NCBI GenBank assembly: GCA_043800755.1
Contig: JAZDMQ010000147.1
Coordinates: forward strand, 1 to 38,079
DNA: 38,079 bases
Direction of reading: 5' to 3'
From: a bacterium
Lineage (GTDB): Bacteria > Methylomirabilota > Methylomirabilia > CAVQYV01
The notes beneath the pieces are model-generated. The model saw nothing but the letters and a program-made list of their open reading frames with translations, did no database searches and was not told where the DNA came from. Both the position numbers and the translations under genes were made by a program. Numbering within the stretch: the first letter of the stretch is position 1; every line of letters begins with the position of its first letter. This document shows, one piece after another, positions 6,788 to 16,352 of this stretch.

Positions 6788-9700
6788 ATGATCGAAAAAA
6801 CCCTTTTCGTCAACCCCACTCCGCTTGTCGGAGAGCGGCTCCAGCAAGAGATGCCACACTCCGCACCATGGATCATGGGTCTCGACTTGGGCTCGGTCAG
6901 CGTCAACTTCATCCTCCTCGATGGGAGGCATGAGGTCATTGAGGAGCGATATATCCGCCATCGGGGAAGGCCAGTGGAGGTTGTGGTGCAGGTCATCGGG
7001 GACTTGGAGCAAAAGGGGTGGCTTTCCCGGATCGCCGCCGCCGGGGTTACGGGATCCGGGGGAATGCTGGTTTCCCCGGCCTTATCTGCCCTTTATGTTA
7101 ATGAGATCGTAGCGCAATGCAAGGCCGCCTCCCGGTTTCAGCCCCAGGTCTTGACCATCATCGAGATGGGGGGAGAGGACTCCAAGCTGATCTGTGTTGA
7201 GCCGAATCGACAGCGGGGCAGCCGCCTGGTGGATTTTGCCATGAACACCATCTGCGCGGCGGGCACCGGTTCCTTTCTGGATCAGCAGGCCCATCGTCTG
7301 GGTCTCTCCATCGAGGGTCAATTTGGCCTCCTGGCCTTGAATTCCAAGGACCCTCCTCGGATCGCCGGGCGTTGCAGCGTCTTTGCGAAGTCGGACATGA
7401 TCCATTTGCAGCAGGTGGCCACCCCCGACTACGATATCGTGGCAGCCCTCTGCTACGCCGTGGCCAGGAACTTCAAAAGCTGTATCGCTCAGGGCAAGAG
7501 GATGCGCCCTCCAATCTCCTTTCTGGGCGGAGTTGCCGCCAATCAAGGGATGGTGGTCGCCTTCGAGGATGTTCTGGAACTGCAGCGCGGAGAGCTGATT
7601 GTCCCTCCTCGTCACGCCTCTATGGGGGCAATCGGTGCAGCTCTGGTTGCCGCCGAAAATTCCTCCTTTACGGATGGAGGGCCGCAGAGATGGCATCAGG
7701 CCCTGGCCCGTCTGGGAGACAGGCGAGAGGAGGACTATTCCGCCTATGAGCCCCTGACTCCGCCCAGGCGGGATTCGAGGGGGGCGCGGGAGGCAGCCTC
7801 TCCCGGTCTCTCCCCTTCGACCAAGATCAGGGGCTACCTGGGTGTGGACGTCGGCTCGATCAGCACCAATGTGGTCGTGCTGGACGATCAGGGAAGGCCG
7901 CTGGCGCGCCGTTACCTGATGACCGGAGGCCGCCCCATTGAGGCGGTGCGGCGGGGGCTCTTTGAAGTGGGACAGGAGGTGAAGGACAGGGTGCTGGTGG
8001 TCGGCGCCACCACCACCGGATCGGGCCGCTATATGATTGGGGATTTCATCGGGGCTGATCTGGTGAAGAACGAAATCAGCGCCCAGGCCCGGGCAGCGGT
8101 GGAGATCGATCCTGCCGTAGATACGATCTTCGAGATCGGAGGCCAGGACTCAAAATATATCTCCCTGCAGGGAGGAGTGGTGGTCGATTTCGAGATGAAC
8201 AAGGTCTGCGCCGCGGGCACCGGTTCCTTCTTGGAAGAGCAGGCCGAGAGGCTTAACCTCCGCATTGAAGAAGAGTTCGGGCAGACCGCCTTCGCCGCCC
8301 GCCGCCCTGCCCCCCTGGGGGAAAGGTGCACGGTATTCATGGAAACCGACCTGGTCAACCTCCTGCAAAAAGGGGTGAGCCGGGAGGATCTGGTGGCCGG
8401 GTTGAGCTACTCCATCGTCCACAACTATTTGAACAAAGTGGTGGGGGATCGCCGCGTTGGAAGCCAAATCTTCTTCCAGGGAGGGGTGGCCGCCAATCAA
8501 GCGGTGGTGGCCGCCTTTGAGAAGGTGTTGGGAAAGGAGATCTTTGTTCCCCCTGATCACGATGTCACGGGCGCCATCGGGGCGGCCCTCCTGGCGATGG
8601 ACGCGGGGATTACCTCCAGCAAATTCAAAGGGTTCGATCTCGGGAGGCGACCGTACACACTGGATTCGTTCCGCTGCAACGCCTGTTCCAACCAATGTGA
8701 GATCAACCGGGTGAGCCTGGAGGGAGAAAAGCCCCTTTATTATGGTTCCCGCTGCGACAAGTACGAGGTGGACGAAGGGAAGCGGCCAACGGGCCACCCC
8801 GACCTCTTCGCGGAGCGGGAGGCCCTGATGATGGCCCCCTACCCCCCGGGCACGGGAGGTAGCCTCACGGGGGCACTCCGCATCGGATTTCCTCGAGCCC
8901 TCCTTTCCTTCTATGACCTTTATCCCTTCTGGAAGGCCTTCTTCTGGGAGTTGGGCTGTGAGCTCGTCCTCTCCGACCCCACCAACAAAGGCATCATACA
9001 CCAGGGAGTGGAGGATGTTGTTGCCGAGACCTGTTTCCCGGTCAAGGTGGCCCATGGCCACGTTCTCAACCTGCTGAAAAAGGGGATAGACCAGATCTTC
9101 TTGCCCAGCATCATCAGCCTTCCCTGCGAGGACCCTCAGACGGAACAGGCCTTTGCCTGTCCCTATATCCAAACCATTCCCTACCTCATCGAATCGTCAC
9201 TCAACCTGAGGGAGCGAGGGGTTCGCCTGCTCTGTCCCCCCCTGGAGTTCTTGCGAGGCCGCAAGGCCCTCCGCGAGTCCCTGCTTTCCGTGGGAGAGGC
9301 CCTGCAATTCCAGGAGCGGCAACTCGACCGGGCCCTGGAGGCTGCCTTTGTAGCCTGGGAGGAATTCCAACTGCAGATGGAGAGGAGGGGGAAAGAGGTG
9401 CTTTCCGGACTCTCCCCAAAGGAATTGGCCTTAGTGGTCATCAGTCGGTCTTACAACGGCCATGACTCGGGGATCAATCTCGACCTCCCGGCCAAGCTGA
9501 GGGATTTAGGCGTCCTCGCCCTTCCCCTGGATTTCCTCCCCCGGACGGACTTCAAGGCCTCTCAGGAATTTCCTCAGATGTATTGGCGGTATGGACAGCG
9601 CATCCTGGGCGCCACCGAGGCCATCACCCAGGATCCCCGCCTCTTTCCGGTCTACATCACCAATTTCGCCTGTGGACCCGATTCCTTCATCAGCCATTTC

Positions 9701-11050
9701 TTCGAAGAGCGACTGGCAGGAAAGCCCTTCCTCCAACTGGAGATCGACGAGCATTCCGCCGACGCCGGGATTATCACCCGCTGCGAGGCCTTCCTCGATA
9801 GCATCCGCAATGCCCCCCTGCGTAGCGTCCCCTCTGCTCCCAGGGTCAGGCGCCGGGCCGAAGATCTCTCCTCCCGCACCATCTATTTCCCCTACATGTC
9901 GGATCACGCCTTCGCCCTCCAGGCTGCCTTCGCTGGCCGAGGTCTGAAGAGCGAGGTCCTGCCAGAGACGGATTTGGACGCGGTGAATCTGGCCCGGAAG
10001 TATACCTCGGGCCGGGAGTGCTTCCCCTGCATCGTTACCCTGGGCGATCTCCTCAAGAAGGTGGGAGAGAAGGACTTCGATCCGCCTCGCTCCGCCTTCT
10101 TCATGCCCTCGGCCAACGGCCCCTGTCGCTTTGGTCAATATGCCACCTTCCATGAATCCGTTTTGAGGAAGTTGGGCTATGGGGAGGTGGCCTTCATCTC
10201 CCCCGACTCCAAAAACTCCTACACGACGCTGGGCACCTCTTTCCGTCGTCATGCCTGGAAAGGGGTGGTGGCGGTTGACCTTTTGGAGAAGTTGTGCCGG
10301 GAGTCCCGCCCCTATGAGGCCAATTCAGGAGAGGCGGATCGGGTCTATCGAGAGGCCCTAACAGGGGTCTGTCGGGCGATCTCCCGGGGCCAGGGCCCCG
10401 AGGCCGCACTTATGGCAGCGCGGGAGGCCTTCTTGCTAATCCCCAAAGGGACCGGGGGGCAAAAGCCCATCGTAGGCGTTGTGGGAGAGATTTTTCTGCG
10501 GGCCCACCGTTTTAGCAACAACCACCTGGTGAGGAGGATTGAGCAGTTAGGGGCTGAGGTTCGGGTCGCCCCGATCATGGAGTGGATCTTTTACACCAAT
10601 GCCATCTGCAAAAGGGATCTTCGCCGGCAGGGCAGGTGGACTGAGCTTCTCCTGATGTGGCTGCAGGATGGGGTGCAAAAGAGGGATGAGCACCGGCTAT
10701 CTTCCATCTTCGAAGGGGTTTTGAGAAACCTGCAGGAGCCCTCGACCGAGGACCTGTTGAGGTGGGCCAGCCCCTATTTGGATCCTTCCTTTGAGGGAGA
10801 AGCTATCCTTTCCGTGGGCAAATCGATCGATTTCGCGCAGAGAGGCCTCTCCGGACTGATTGCGGTCATGCCTTTTACCTGCATGCCCGGGACCATTGTC
10901 ACCGCCATCTCCAAGAGGCTGAGGGAGGATCTGCGTCAAATTCCATTTCTCAGCCTGGCCTACGATGGGCTTGACGAGGCCCATTCCCAGACCCGACTGG
11001 AGGCCTTCATGTATCAAGTCCGGGAGGGCGAGGGAGCCCTTCGCTGCTGA
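6788..11050 (+). CDS. Multi-domain acyl-CoA dehydratase activase/reductase (two BcrAD/BadFG ASKHA ATPase domains plus DUF2229/HGD-D-like domains); PlsA/Ger-like. Start may be ATG 6851
   Basis: GLDLGSVS/GVDVGSIST, TGSG, GGEDSK/GGQDSK, two CAAGTGSF and two RCxVF motifs; CNACSNQC linker; ETCFPVK, FACGPDS, RECFPC, GPCRFGQY, MPFTCMPG. Confidence 0.85.
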   Translation: MIEKTLFVNPTPLVGERLQQEMPHSAPWIMGLDLGSVSVNFILLDGRHEVIEERYIRHRGRPVEVVVQVIGDLEQKGWLSRIAAAGVTGSGGMLVSPALSALYVNEIVAQCKAASRFQPQVLTIIEMGGEDSKLICVEPNRQRGSRLVDFAMNTICAAGTGSFLDQQAHRLGLSIEGQFGLLALNSKDPPRIAGRCSVFAKSDMIHLQQVATPDYDIVAALCYAVARNFKSCIAQGKRMRPPISFLGGVAANQGMVVAFEDVLELQRGELIVPPRHASMGAIGAALVAAENSSFTDGGPQRWHQALARLGDRREEDYSAYEPLTPPRRDSRGAREAASPGLSPSTKIRGYLGVDVGSISTNVVVLDDQGRPLARRYLMTGGRPIEAVRRGLFEVGQEVKDRVLVVGATTTGSGRYMIGDFIGADLVKNEISAQARAAVEIDPAVDTIFEIGGQDSKYISLQGGVVVDFEMNKVCAAGTGSFLEEQAERLNLRIEEEFGQTAFAARRPAPLGERCTVFMETDLVNLLQKGVSREDLVAGLSYSIVHNYLNKVVGDRRVGSQIFFQGGVAANQAVVAAFEKVLGKEIFVPPDHDVTGAIGAALLAMDAGITSSKFKGFDLGRRPYTLDSFRCNACSNQCEINRVSLEGEKPLYYGSRCDKYEVDEGKRPTGHPDLFAEREALMMAPYPPGTGGSLTGALRIGFPRALLSFYDLYPFWKAFFWELGCELVLSDPTNKGIIHQGVEDVVAETCFPVKVAHGHVLNLLKKGIDQIFLPSIISLPCEDPQTEQAFACPYIQTIPYLIESSLNLRERGVRLLCPPLEFLRGRKALRESLLSVGEALQFQERQLDRALEAAFVAWEEFQLQMERRGKEVLSGLSPKELALVVISRSYNGHDSGINLDLPAKLRDLGVLALPLDFLPRTDFKASQEFPQMYWRYGQRILGATEAITQDPRLFPVYITNFACGPDSFISHFFEERLAGKPFLQLEIDEHSADAGIITRCEAFLDSIRNAPLRSVPSAPRVRRRAEDLSSRTIYFPYMSDHAFALQAAFAGRGLKSEVLPETDLDAVNLARKYTSGRECFPCIVTLGDLLKKVGEKDFDPPRSAFFMPSANGPCRFGQYATFHESVLRKLGYGEVAFISPDSKNSYTTLGTSFRRHAWKGVVAVDLLEKLCRESRPYEANSGEADRVYREALTGVCRAISRGQGPEAALMAAREAFLLIPKGTGGQKPIVGVVGEIFLRAHRFSNNHLVRRIEQLGAEVRVAPIMEWIFYTNAICKRDLRRQGRWTELLLMWLQDGVQKRDEHRLSSIFEGVLRNLQEPSTEDLLRWASPYLDPSFEGEAILSVGKSIDFAQRGLSGLIAVMPFTCMPGTIVTAISKRLREDLRQIPFLSLAYDGLDEAHSQTRLEAFMYQVREGEGALRC

Positions 11051-12021
11051 TGAAGCTATTTTTGGGCATCGATGTCGGATCGGTCAGCACCAATATCGCC
11101 CTCATGGAAGAGGCCGGCCGGGTGCTGGAATTTGTTTATCTCCGCACCCGCGGGCAGCCCATCCGTACCCTGCAGGAGGGGTTGCAGGAGATCGGACATG
11201 CCCTGCCATCGCAATCCCGCATTGCGGGAGTGGCCACTACGGGCAGCGGACGGCAACTGGCAGGGGCTATGGTGGGAGCCGATATCATCAAGAATGAGAT
11301 TACCTCCCACGCGGTTGCGGCCTTGCGTTTCCTTCCAGCAGTACAGACGATCGTGGAGATCGGAGGACAGGATAGCAAGGTGATTATCGTTCGGGCCGGG
11401 GCAGCGGTTGACTTCGCTATGAACACCATCTGTGCTGCCGGGACTGGATCCTTTCTGGATCAGCAGGCCGCCCGGTTGGGAATCCCCATTGAAGAGTTTG
11501 GATCCTACGCCCTGCGCGCCCAATCGGCCGCCCACATCGCCGGAAGGTGCACCGTATTCGCAGAGTCGGATATGATCCACAAGCAGCAAATGGGGTATTC
11601 CCTCCCCGACATTATCGCCGGCCTTTGCGATGCCCTGGTGCGCAACTATCTGAGCAATGTGGCCAAAGGAAAGGAGATCCTGCCCCCGGTGGTATTCCAA
11701 GGAGGGGTGGCAGCCAACCAGGGTATCCGCAATGCCCTAAAAAAATCCCTCTCCCTCGATGTCATCGTGCCGCCGCACTATCATGTCATGGGGGCCATTG
11801 GGGCCGCTTTGTTGGCTAAAGACCGGCCCTGTCCGAATGGCCATACTCGGTTCAGGGGTTTTGAGATCAGCAGGAAGGAGAGTTGGACCTCCAGCTTTGA
11901 GTGTCCCGATTGCCCCAACGCCTGTGAGATCATAGAGGTCCTCATCGAAGGGGAGATCATCGCTCGCTGGGGAGACCGGTGCGGCAAGCGACAGCTCGAG
12001 GAAGCCCATCAATACCAATAG
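11050..12021 (+). CDS. Stand-alone acyl-CoA dehydratase activase (BcrAD/BadFG ATPase, [4Fe-4S])
   Basis: GIDVGSVSTN, TTGSGR, IGGQDSK, CAAGTGSFLDQQA, GRCTVFAESD, C-terminal CPDCPNAC...GDRCG; overlaps the upstream stop (TGATG). Confidence 0.88.
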   Translation: MKLFLGIDVGSVSTNIALMEEAGRVLEFVYLRTRGQPIRTLQEGLQEIGHALPSQSRIAGVATTGSGRQLAGAMVGADIIKNEITSHAVAALRFLPAVQTIVEIGGQDSKVIIVRAGAAVDFAMNTICAAGTGSFLDQQAARLGIPIEEFGSYALRAQSAAHIAGRCTVFAESDMIHKQQMGYSLPDIIAGLCDALVRNYLSNVAKGKEILPPVVFQGGVAANQGIRNALKKSLSLDVIVPPHYHVMGAIGAALLAKDRPCPNGHTRFRGFEISRKESWTSSFECPDCPNACEIIEVLIEGEIIARWGDRCGKRQLEEAHQYQ

Positions 12022-12042
12022 AACCAGGACGAGGGGGAGGTT

Positions 12043-12354
12043 ATGTTTGGAATCGGTATCCCGGAGTTGATTGTCATCTTCATCGTGGCCCTTCTGGTCT
12101 TTGGGCCCAAGAAACTGCCCGAGCTGGGCAAGGCCTTGGGGCGTGGCCTGGCGGAGTTCAAAAGGGCCACCGAGGGGATAAAGGAGGAGATCGCCTCGGA
12201 GTTCAAGGAAGTGGAGAAACAGACGACAGAGATAACCCGCCTCCCCTTTTCCCTCATCGACTCCAAGGGCGCGGAGGATGCTGACCGCAAAGCGGCTGCC
12301 CCTTCCCCCGTTGCGACCACGCAGGAAGAGGAGAAAAAAGATCATGCCATCTGA
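12043..12354 (+). CDS. tatA: Twin-arginine translocase subunit TatA/TatB family
   Basis: [49 protein letters not shown]. Confidence 0.9.
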   Translation: MFGIGIPELIVIFIVALLVFGPKKLPELGKALGRGLAEFKRATEGIKEEIASEFKEVEKQTTEITRLPFSLIDSKGAEDADRKAAAPSPVATTQEEEKKDHAI

Positions 12355-13144
12355 ACCTGATAGCAAGCTGCCCTTCTTCGGACACCTGGAGGAGCTGCGC
12401 AAGCGGCTCATCCTCTCCCTGGTGGCGGTAGGGATCGGGTTCGTCCTCTGTTTCACTTTTTCGGAATCGATCCTCGGGTTCCTCATGCAACCCCTGAGTC
12501 GACACTTGGTCTTTATCAAGAGGTATCCCTTTCTGACCTTTCCCCCAAGTTCGGATGCGCCATCCCTGGTTTTTCTATCTCCGGCCGAGGCCTTCTGGAT
12601 GCACATGAAATTGGCCTTCTTTGCCGCCCTATTCCTGGTGCTCCCCTTTCTCTTTTATCAGATCTGGAGGTTTGTGGCGCCCGGCCTTCTCCCCAAGGAA
12701 AAACGCTATGCCGTTCCCTTCGTTTTCCTATCCACCCTCTTATTCCTGGCGGGCGCGGCCTTCTGTCTCTTCGTCGTCCTCCCCTTCGCCCTCCAGTTTC
12801 TCTTGACCTATAAGACCGAACACCTCCGTCCCATGCTCTCCATAGGAAACTACATGGACTTCTGCATCAAGTTCTTGCTCGCTTTCGGCCTCATCTTCGA
12901 GCTGCCCCTGGCCATGGTGTTGGCCACCCGCCTGGGATTCCTGACCCCAGAGTTCCTCGCGCGGAACCGTAAATATGCCATCCTGGTCAATTTTATTGTG
13001 GCGGCCATCCTCACCCCCACGCCGGATTTCTTCAACCAGAGCCTTATGGCGATCCCTCTTTGTCTTCTCTATGAGGTTGGTATCCTCGCCTCCCGCCTGA
13101 CGCGCAAGCGCTCCGCCCCAGCGGACGAAGCTGCGGCTGCTTGA
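12344..13144 (+). CDS. tatC: Twin-arginine translocase subunit TatC
   Basis: [36 protein letters not shown] at 12344 preferred over the ORF start at 12278. Confidence 0.95.
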   Translation: MPSEPDSKLPFFGHLEELRKRLILSLVAVGIGFVLCFTFSESILGFLMQPLSRHLVFIKRYPFLTFPPSSDAPSLVFLSPAEAFWMHMKLAFFAALFLVLPFLFYQIWRFVAPGLLPKEKRYAVPFVFLSTLLFLAGAAFCLFVVLPFALQFLLTYKTEHLRPMLSIGNYMDFCIKFLLAFGLIFELPLAMVLATRLGFLTPEFLARNRKYAILVNFIVAAILTPTPDFFNQSLMAIPLCLLYEVGILASRLTRKRSAPADEAAAA

Positions 13145-13294
13145 GGCCAGACTCCTCCTGCGGGGAGATTCGGCCCTCTCCGTCACTCATTGCCAACGGG
13201 TTGGTAAGGGTTTACGGCATGGAAGGCTCAATCGTGAGGTAGGGTCCGCCCTGCAAGGGCGTCAGGGGAAGTGTCCAAGGGCGCCCACCGCCTT

Positions 13295-13981
13295 TCACCT
13301 TCCGCACATCTCCCCAAAGAGCTTCGCCAGCACCACCATGGGGTAGAAGCTGAGAAAGCTGGCCAGCACGGGCCCCAAAAAGGGGATGGTGGCGACGAAG
13401 CCGAAGGCCAACAGGACCAAAAGGGAGAGCAGGAACAGGGATACATACTCCACTAGGACATGGCGAATGGCACCCCAAAGGGAGGGGATGTGAAAGGCAG
13501 CCTCGATCCTCTGCCAGCGAAGGTACTGGGCAATCCCCATGGGGAAGAAGAAGCCAACCAGGAGGAAGGCAAGCATTCCGATCATCAAGAGGAGCATCCC
13601 GGCAAAAAGCCACCACCCTCCCCGGTAGAGCACACCTATCCCTACGGCCACCAGCAGGAGGGGGGGGAGGCCGTAGCCCAATTCGATGAGGAAGACAAAG
13701 AACCCCTTGGAAAAGAGATCTCCCCAATGATCCCAGGCTGCCAACTCGACCCTCTCTTGGCGGAAGGCAGCCTTGAAGACATTAAAGGCGTAGCCCCCGG
13801 CGAGAAGGTACAAAAGGCAGAGCGGGGCTGTGATGATTGAAGACTTCAAGGTATCGACCAAGTAACCCAACACGGTGAAGACGAAAATCGGCAGCGCGCA
13901 TAATGAGCCACCAAGGCTTAATCTACTCGCCGCCTTCGAACCGTGGAAGGGAAACTCTGCAGCCTCCCGGAGTCGCAACAT
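13295..13981 (-). CDS. DUF4013-like integral membrane protein
   Basis: MLRLREAAEFPF start, LGYLV, WDHWGDLFSKG, IEAAF; multiple TM segments; follows parB. Confidence 0.6.
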   Translation of the reverse strand: MLRLREAAEFPFHGSKAASRLSLGGSLCALPIFVFTVLGYLVDTLKSSIITAPLCLLYLLAGGYAFNVFKAAFRQERVELAAWDHWGDLFSKGFFVFLIELGYGLPPLLLVAVGIGVLYRGGWWLFAGMLLLMIGMLAFLLVGFFFPMGIAQYLRWQRIEAAFHIPSLWGAIRHVLVEYVSLFLLSLLVLLAFGFVATIPFLGPVLASFLSFYPMVVLAKLFGEMCGR

Positions 13982-13995
13982 GGTCCACCCCCTTC

Positions 13996-14838
13996 TTATC
14001 TCCGGCAGATGAGCCGCCAGATCCGGTCTAAATCCTTCTCCGAATAGAATTCGATCTCCACCTTCCCCTTGCTTCTCCCTTTCACCACCTTCACCCGCGT
14101 CCCCAGGACCTTCTGGAGGTCGCTCTCGATTGCCTTCCATTGCGGGTTTAGCATTAAAGCCTTGCGCTTTTCCTTGCGGCCCTCCTTTTGGCTCCGCACC
14201 CATTTCTCAGTCTCCCTTACCGAGAGCCCCCGGGAGATCACCAGGTTCCGGGCCTGAATCTGTCTGCCTTGTCCCTCCAGGCTCAATATGGCCCGGGCGT
14301 GCCCCATGGTCAGTGCCCCGCCCACCAAGTCCTCCTTGAGCTGCCCAGGCAGGTGCAACAGGCGAAGGGTGTTGGCGATGGAGGTCCTGTCCCGGCCCAC
14401 TCGGCGAGCAATCTCCTCCTGTGATAAGCCGTGATCTTGCGTCAGCCGCTGATAGGCCTCCGCCTCCTCTAAGGGATTGAGGTCCTCCCGCTGCAGGTTT
14501 TCGATCAAGGCAATCTCCAAGATCTCATCGGAAGAGACATCCTTGACCAGGGCGGGGATGGTCCTCAGGCCCGCCTCCTTGGCAGCCCGCCAACGCCTCT
14601 CCCCGGCCACCAATTCGTAGCCATCCATCCAGCGCCGCAGGATTACGGGAGAGAGGATGCCCCGGGCGCGAATGGAGGCCACCAACTCCTCCATCTTCTC
14701 CTGCGGAAACGCCTTCCTCGGTTGGTAGGGATTTGGGCGGATCTCTGCCAGGGGAACTTCCAGCACCCCGGACCCCGGCCCTTCTTCTCCTGAGGGGATC
14801 AATGCCCCCAGGCCTTTACCCAGTGCCTTTCTTTGCAT
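13996..14838 (-). CDS. parB: Chromosome partitioning protein ParB/Spo0J
   Basis: ALGKGLGALI, PNPYQPRK, AGERRWRA, ALIENLQREDLNPLEEA, HTH region. Confidence 0.97.
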   Translation of the reverse strand: MQRKALGKGLGALIPSGEEGPGSGVLEVPLAEIRPNPYQPRKAFPQEKMEELVASIRARGILSPVILRRWMDGYELVAGERRWRAAKEAGLRTIPALVKDVSSDEILEIALIENLQREDLNPLEEAEAYQRLTQDHGLSQEEIARRVGRDRTSIANTLRLLHLPGQLKEDLVGGALTMGHARAILSLEGQGRQIQARNLVISRGLSVRETEKWVRSQKEGRKEKRKALMLNPQWKAIESDLQKVLGTRVKVVKGRSKGKVEIEFYSEKDLDRIWRLICRR

Positions 14839-15592
14839 TCTCCATCACCTCCTTCGCCAAGTTCATGTAGCTCTCCGCCCCCACACAGCGAATGTCGTAA
14901 AGGATGATGGGCTTGCCGAAGCTTGGGGCCTCGCTCAACCGAATATTTCGGGGAATCACGGTCCTCATCACTTGCGCCGGGAAATGCTCCCGAACCTCCT
15001 TCAGCACCTGCGCCGAGAGATTCACCCGCCCATCAAACATGGTGACCACAATCCCTTCGATTCTCAGCCCCGGGTTGAGCGCCCTTTTCACCAATTTGAT
15101 CGTCTGCAGCAACTGGCTCAGCCCCTCCAGCGCATAATACTCGCATTGCAGCGGGATGAGTACCGAATCCGCTGCGGTCAAGGCATTGATGGTGAGCAAT
15201 CCCAGGGAGGGTGGGCAATCGATGAGGATATAATCATATCCGTCCCGCACCTGCTCCAGGTGGCTCTTCAAGCGGCTCTCCCGAGCCAGAACCCCCACCA
15301 GCTCCACCTCCGCCCCAATCAATTCAATATTTGCAGGCACTGCCTCCAGGAAGGGAATGGCCGTGGCGCACAAGACCTCGCCCAGGGTGGTCTGATCGAA
15401 GAGCACATGATAAATGCTCGCCTCCGCCCTCTCCTTCGCAATTCCTATGCCGCTGGTGGCGTTCCCCTGCGGATCCAGATCGACGAGGAGGGTCTTCTTC
15501 TCGGCCGCCGCCAAGCAGGCCGAAAGGTTGACGGCGGTTGTGGTCTTCCCCACACCCCCTTTTTGATTGGCAATGGTGATGATCTTGGCCAA
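14816..15592 (-). CDS. parA: Chromosome partitioning ATPase ParA/Soj
   Basis: NQKGGVGKTTT, DLDPQGNAT, IDCPPSLG, QCEYYALEG, IPRNIRLSEAPSFG; TTG start at 15592 after GAGGGAAGG. Confidence 0.97.
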   Translation of the reverse strand: MAKIITIANQKGGVGKTTTAVNLSACLAAAEKKTLLVDLDPQGNATSGIGIAKERAEASIYHVLFDQTTLGEVLCATAIPFLEAVPANIELIGAEVELVGVLARESRLKSHLEQVRDGYDYILIDCPPSLGLLTINALTAADSVLIPLQCEYYALEGLSQLLQTIKLVKRALNPGLRIEGIVVTMFDGRVNLSAQVLKEVREHFPAQVMRTVIPRNIRLSEAPSFGKPIILYDIRCVGAESYMNLAKEVMENAKKGTG

Positions 15593-15660
15593 TTTACAAT
15601 CCTTCCCTCGCGGGCTGAATTCTAACATAGGGCGGGGCAAAGGGGAAGGAGAAACCCCAC

Positions 15661-15676
15661 TGTTCCACGTGGAACA
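15661..15676. other. parS centromere-like site
   Basis: Perfect 16-bp palindrome TGTTCCACGTGGAACA between rsmG and parA. Confidence 0.93.
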
Positions 15677-15683
15677 CTGCCCA

Positions 15684-16352
15684 TTACCTCCTCCTCTCCC
15701 AGACTAGGAGCTTCCTTTCGAAATCGAGAGAAGGAAACCTCACCCGGAGGGTCTCCCTGAATCTTAAGAGGGGGGTCTCCGGGAAGTTCTCCTCCTCCTC
15801 CTCCTCCTTCCCTGACAGGATCAAACTTCCTGACCGTCGCAAGAGGGGGGCCGCGACTTCCAGTAAGGCCTGCCTCTTGCCCACCGCCCGCCCCAGGGCG
15901 GCATCGAATCTTCCCCCAAATCTGGGGTCGATAGCCAGATCCTCGGCCCGGGCCCGCACGCATTCGATCCCCCGCAACTCCAACAAAGCACAGATATGGC
16001 GGAGGAAGGAGACCTTTTTTCGGGAAGCCTCAATCAGGGTTATGCTAAGCTGGGGGCAGGCGATCTGGATCGGGATCCCCGGAAATCCAGCCCCGCTGCC
16101 AATATCCACCAATTCCAGGGCAAGTTCCCGGGGAAAGGCAGCGAGGAAGGCCAAGGAGCCCAGAAAGTGCTTGATCATCACCTCCTTCACCTCCCGCAGG
16201 GCAGTCAGATTCATGTGGCGATTCCAGCGTAGCAACTCCTGGGCATAGAGCGAGAAGGCCTCCATTTGGTTGGAATCGAGGCATACCCCAACCTCCCTTG
16301 CCCCCTGCCGTAGCAGGTCTGGGGGCCACAACGAGGCGCCACTATGCCTCAC
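15684..16352 (-). CDS. rsmG: 16S rRNA m7G527 methyltransferase RsmG (GidB)
   Basis: [32 protein letters not shown]; located after mnmG. Confidence 0.93.
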   Translation of the reverse strand: MRHSGASLWPPDLLRQGAREVGVCLDSNQMEAFSLYAQELLRWNRHMNLTALREVKEVMIKHFLGSLAFLAAFPRELALELVDIGSGAGFPGIPIQIACPQLSITLIEASRKKVSFLRHICALLELRGIECVRARAEDLAIDPRFGGRFDAALGRAVGKRQALLEVAAPLLRRSGSLILSGKEEEEEENFPETPLLRFRETLRVRFPSLDFERKLLVWERRR

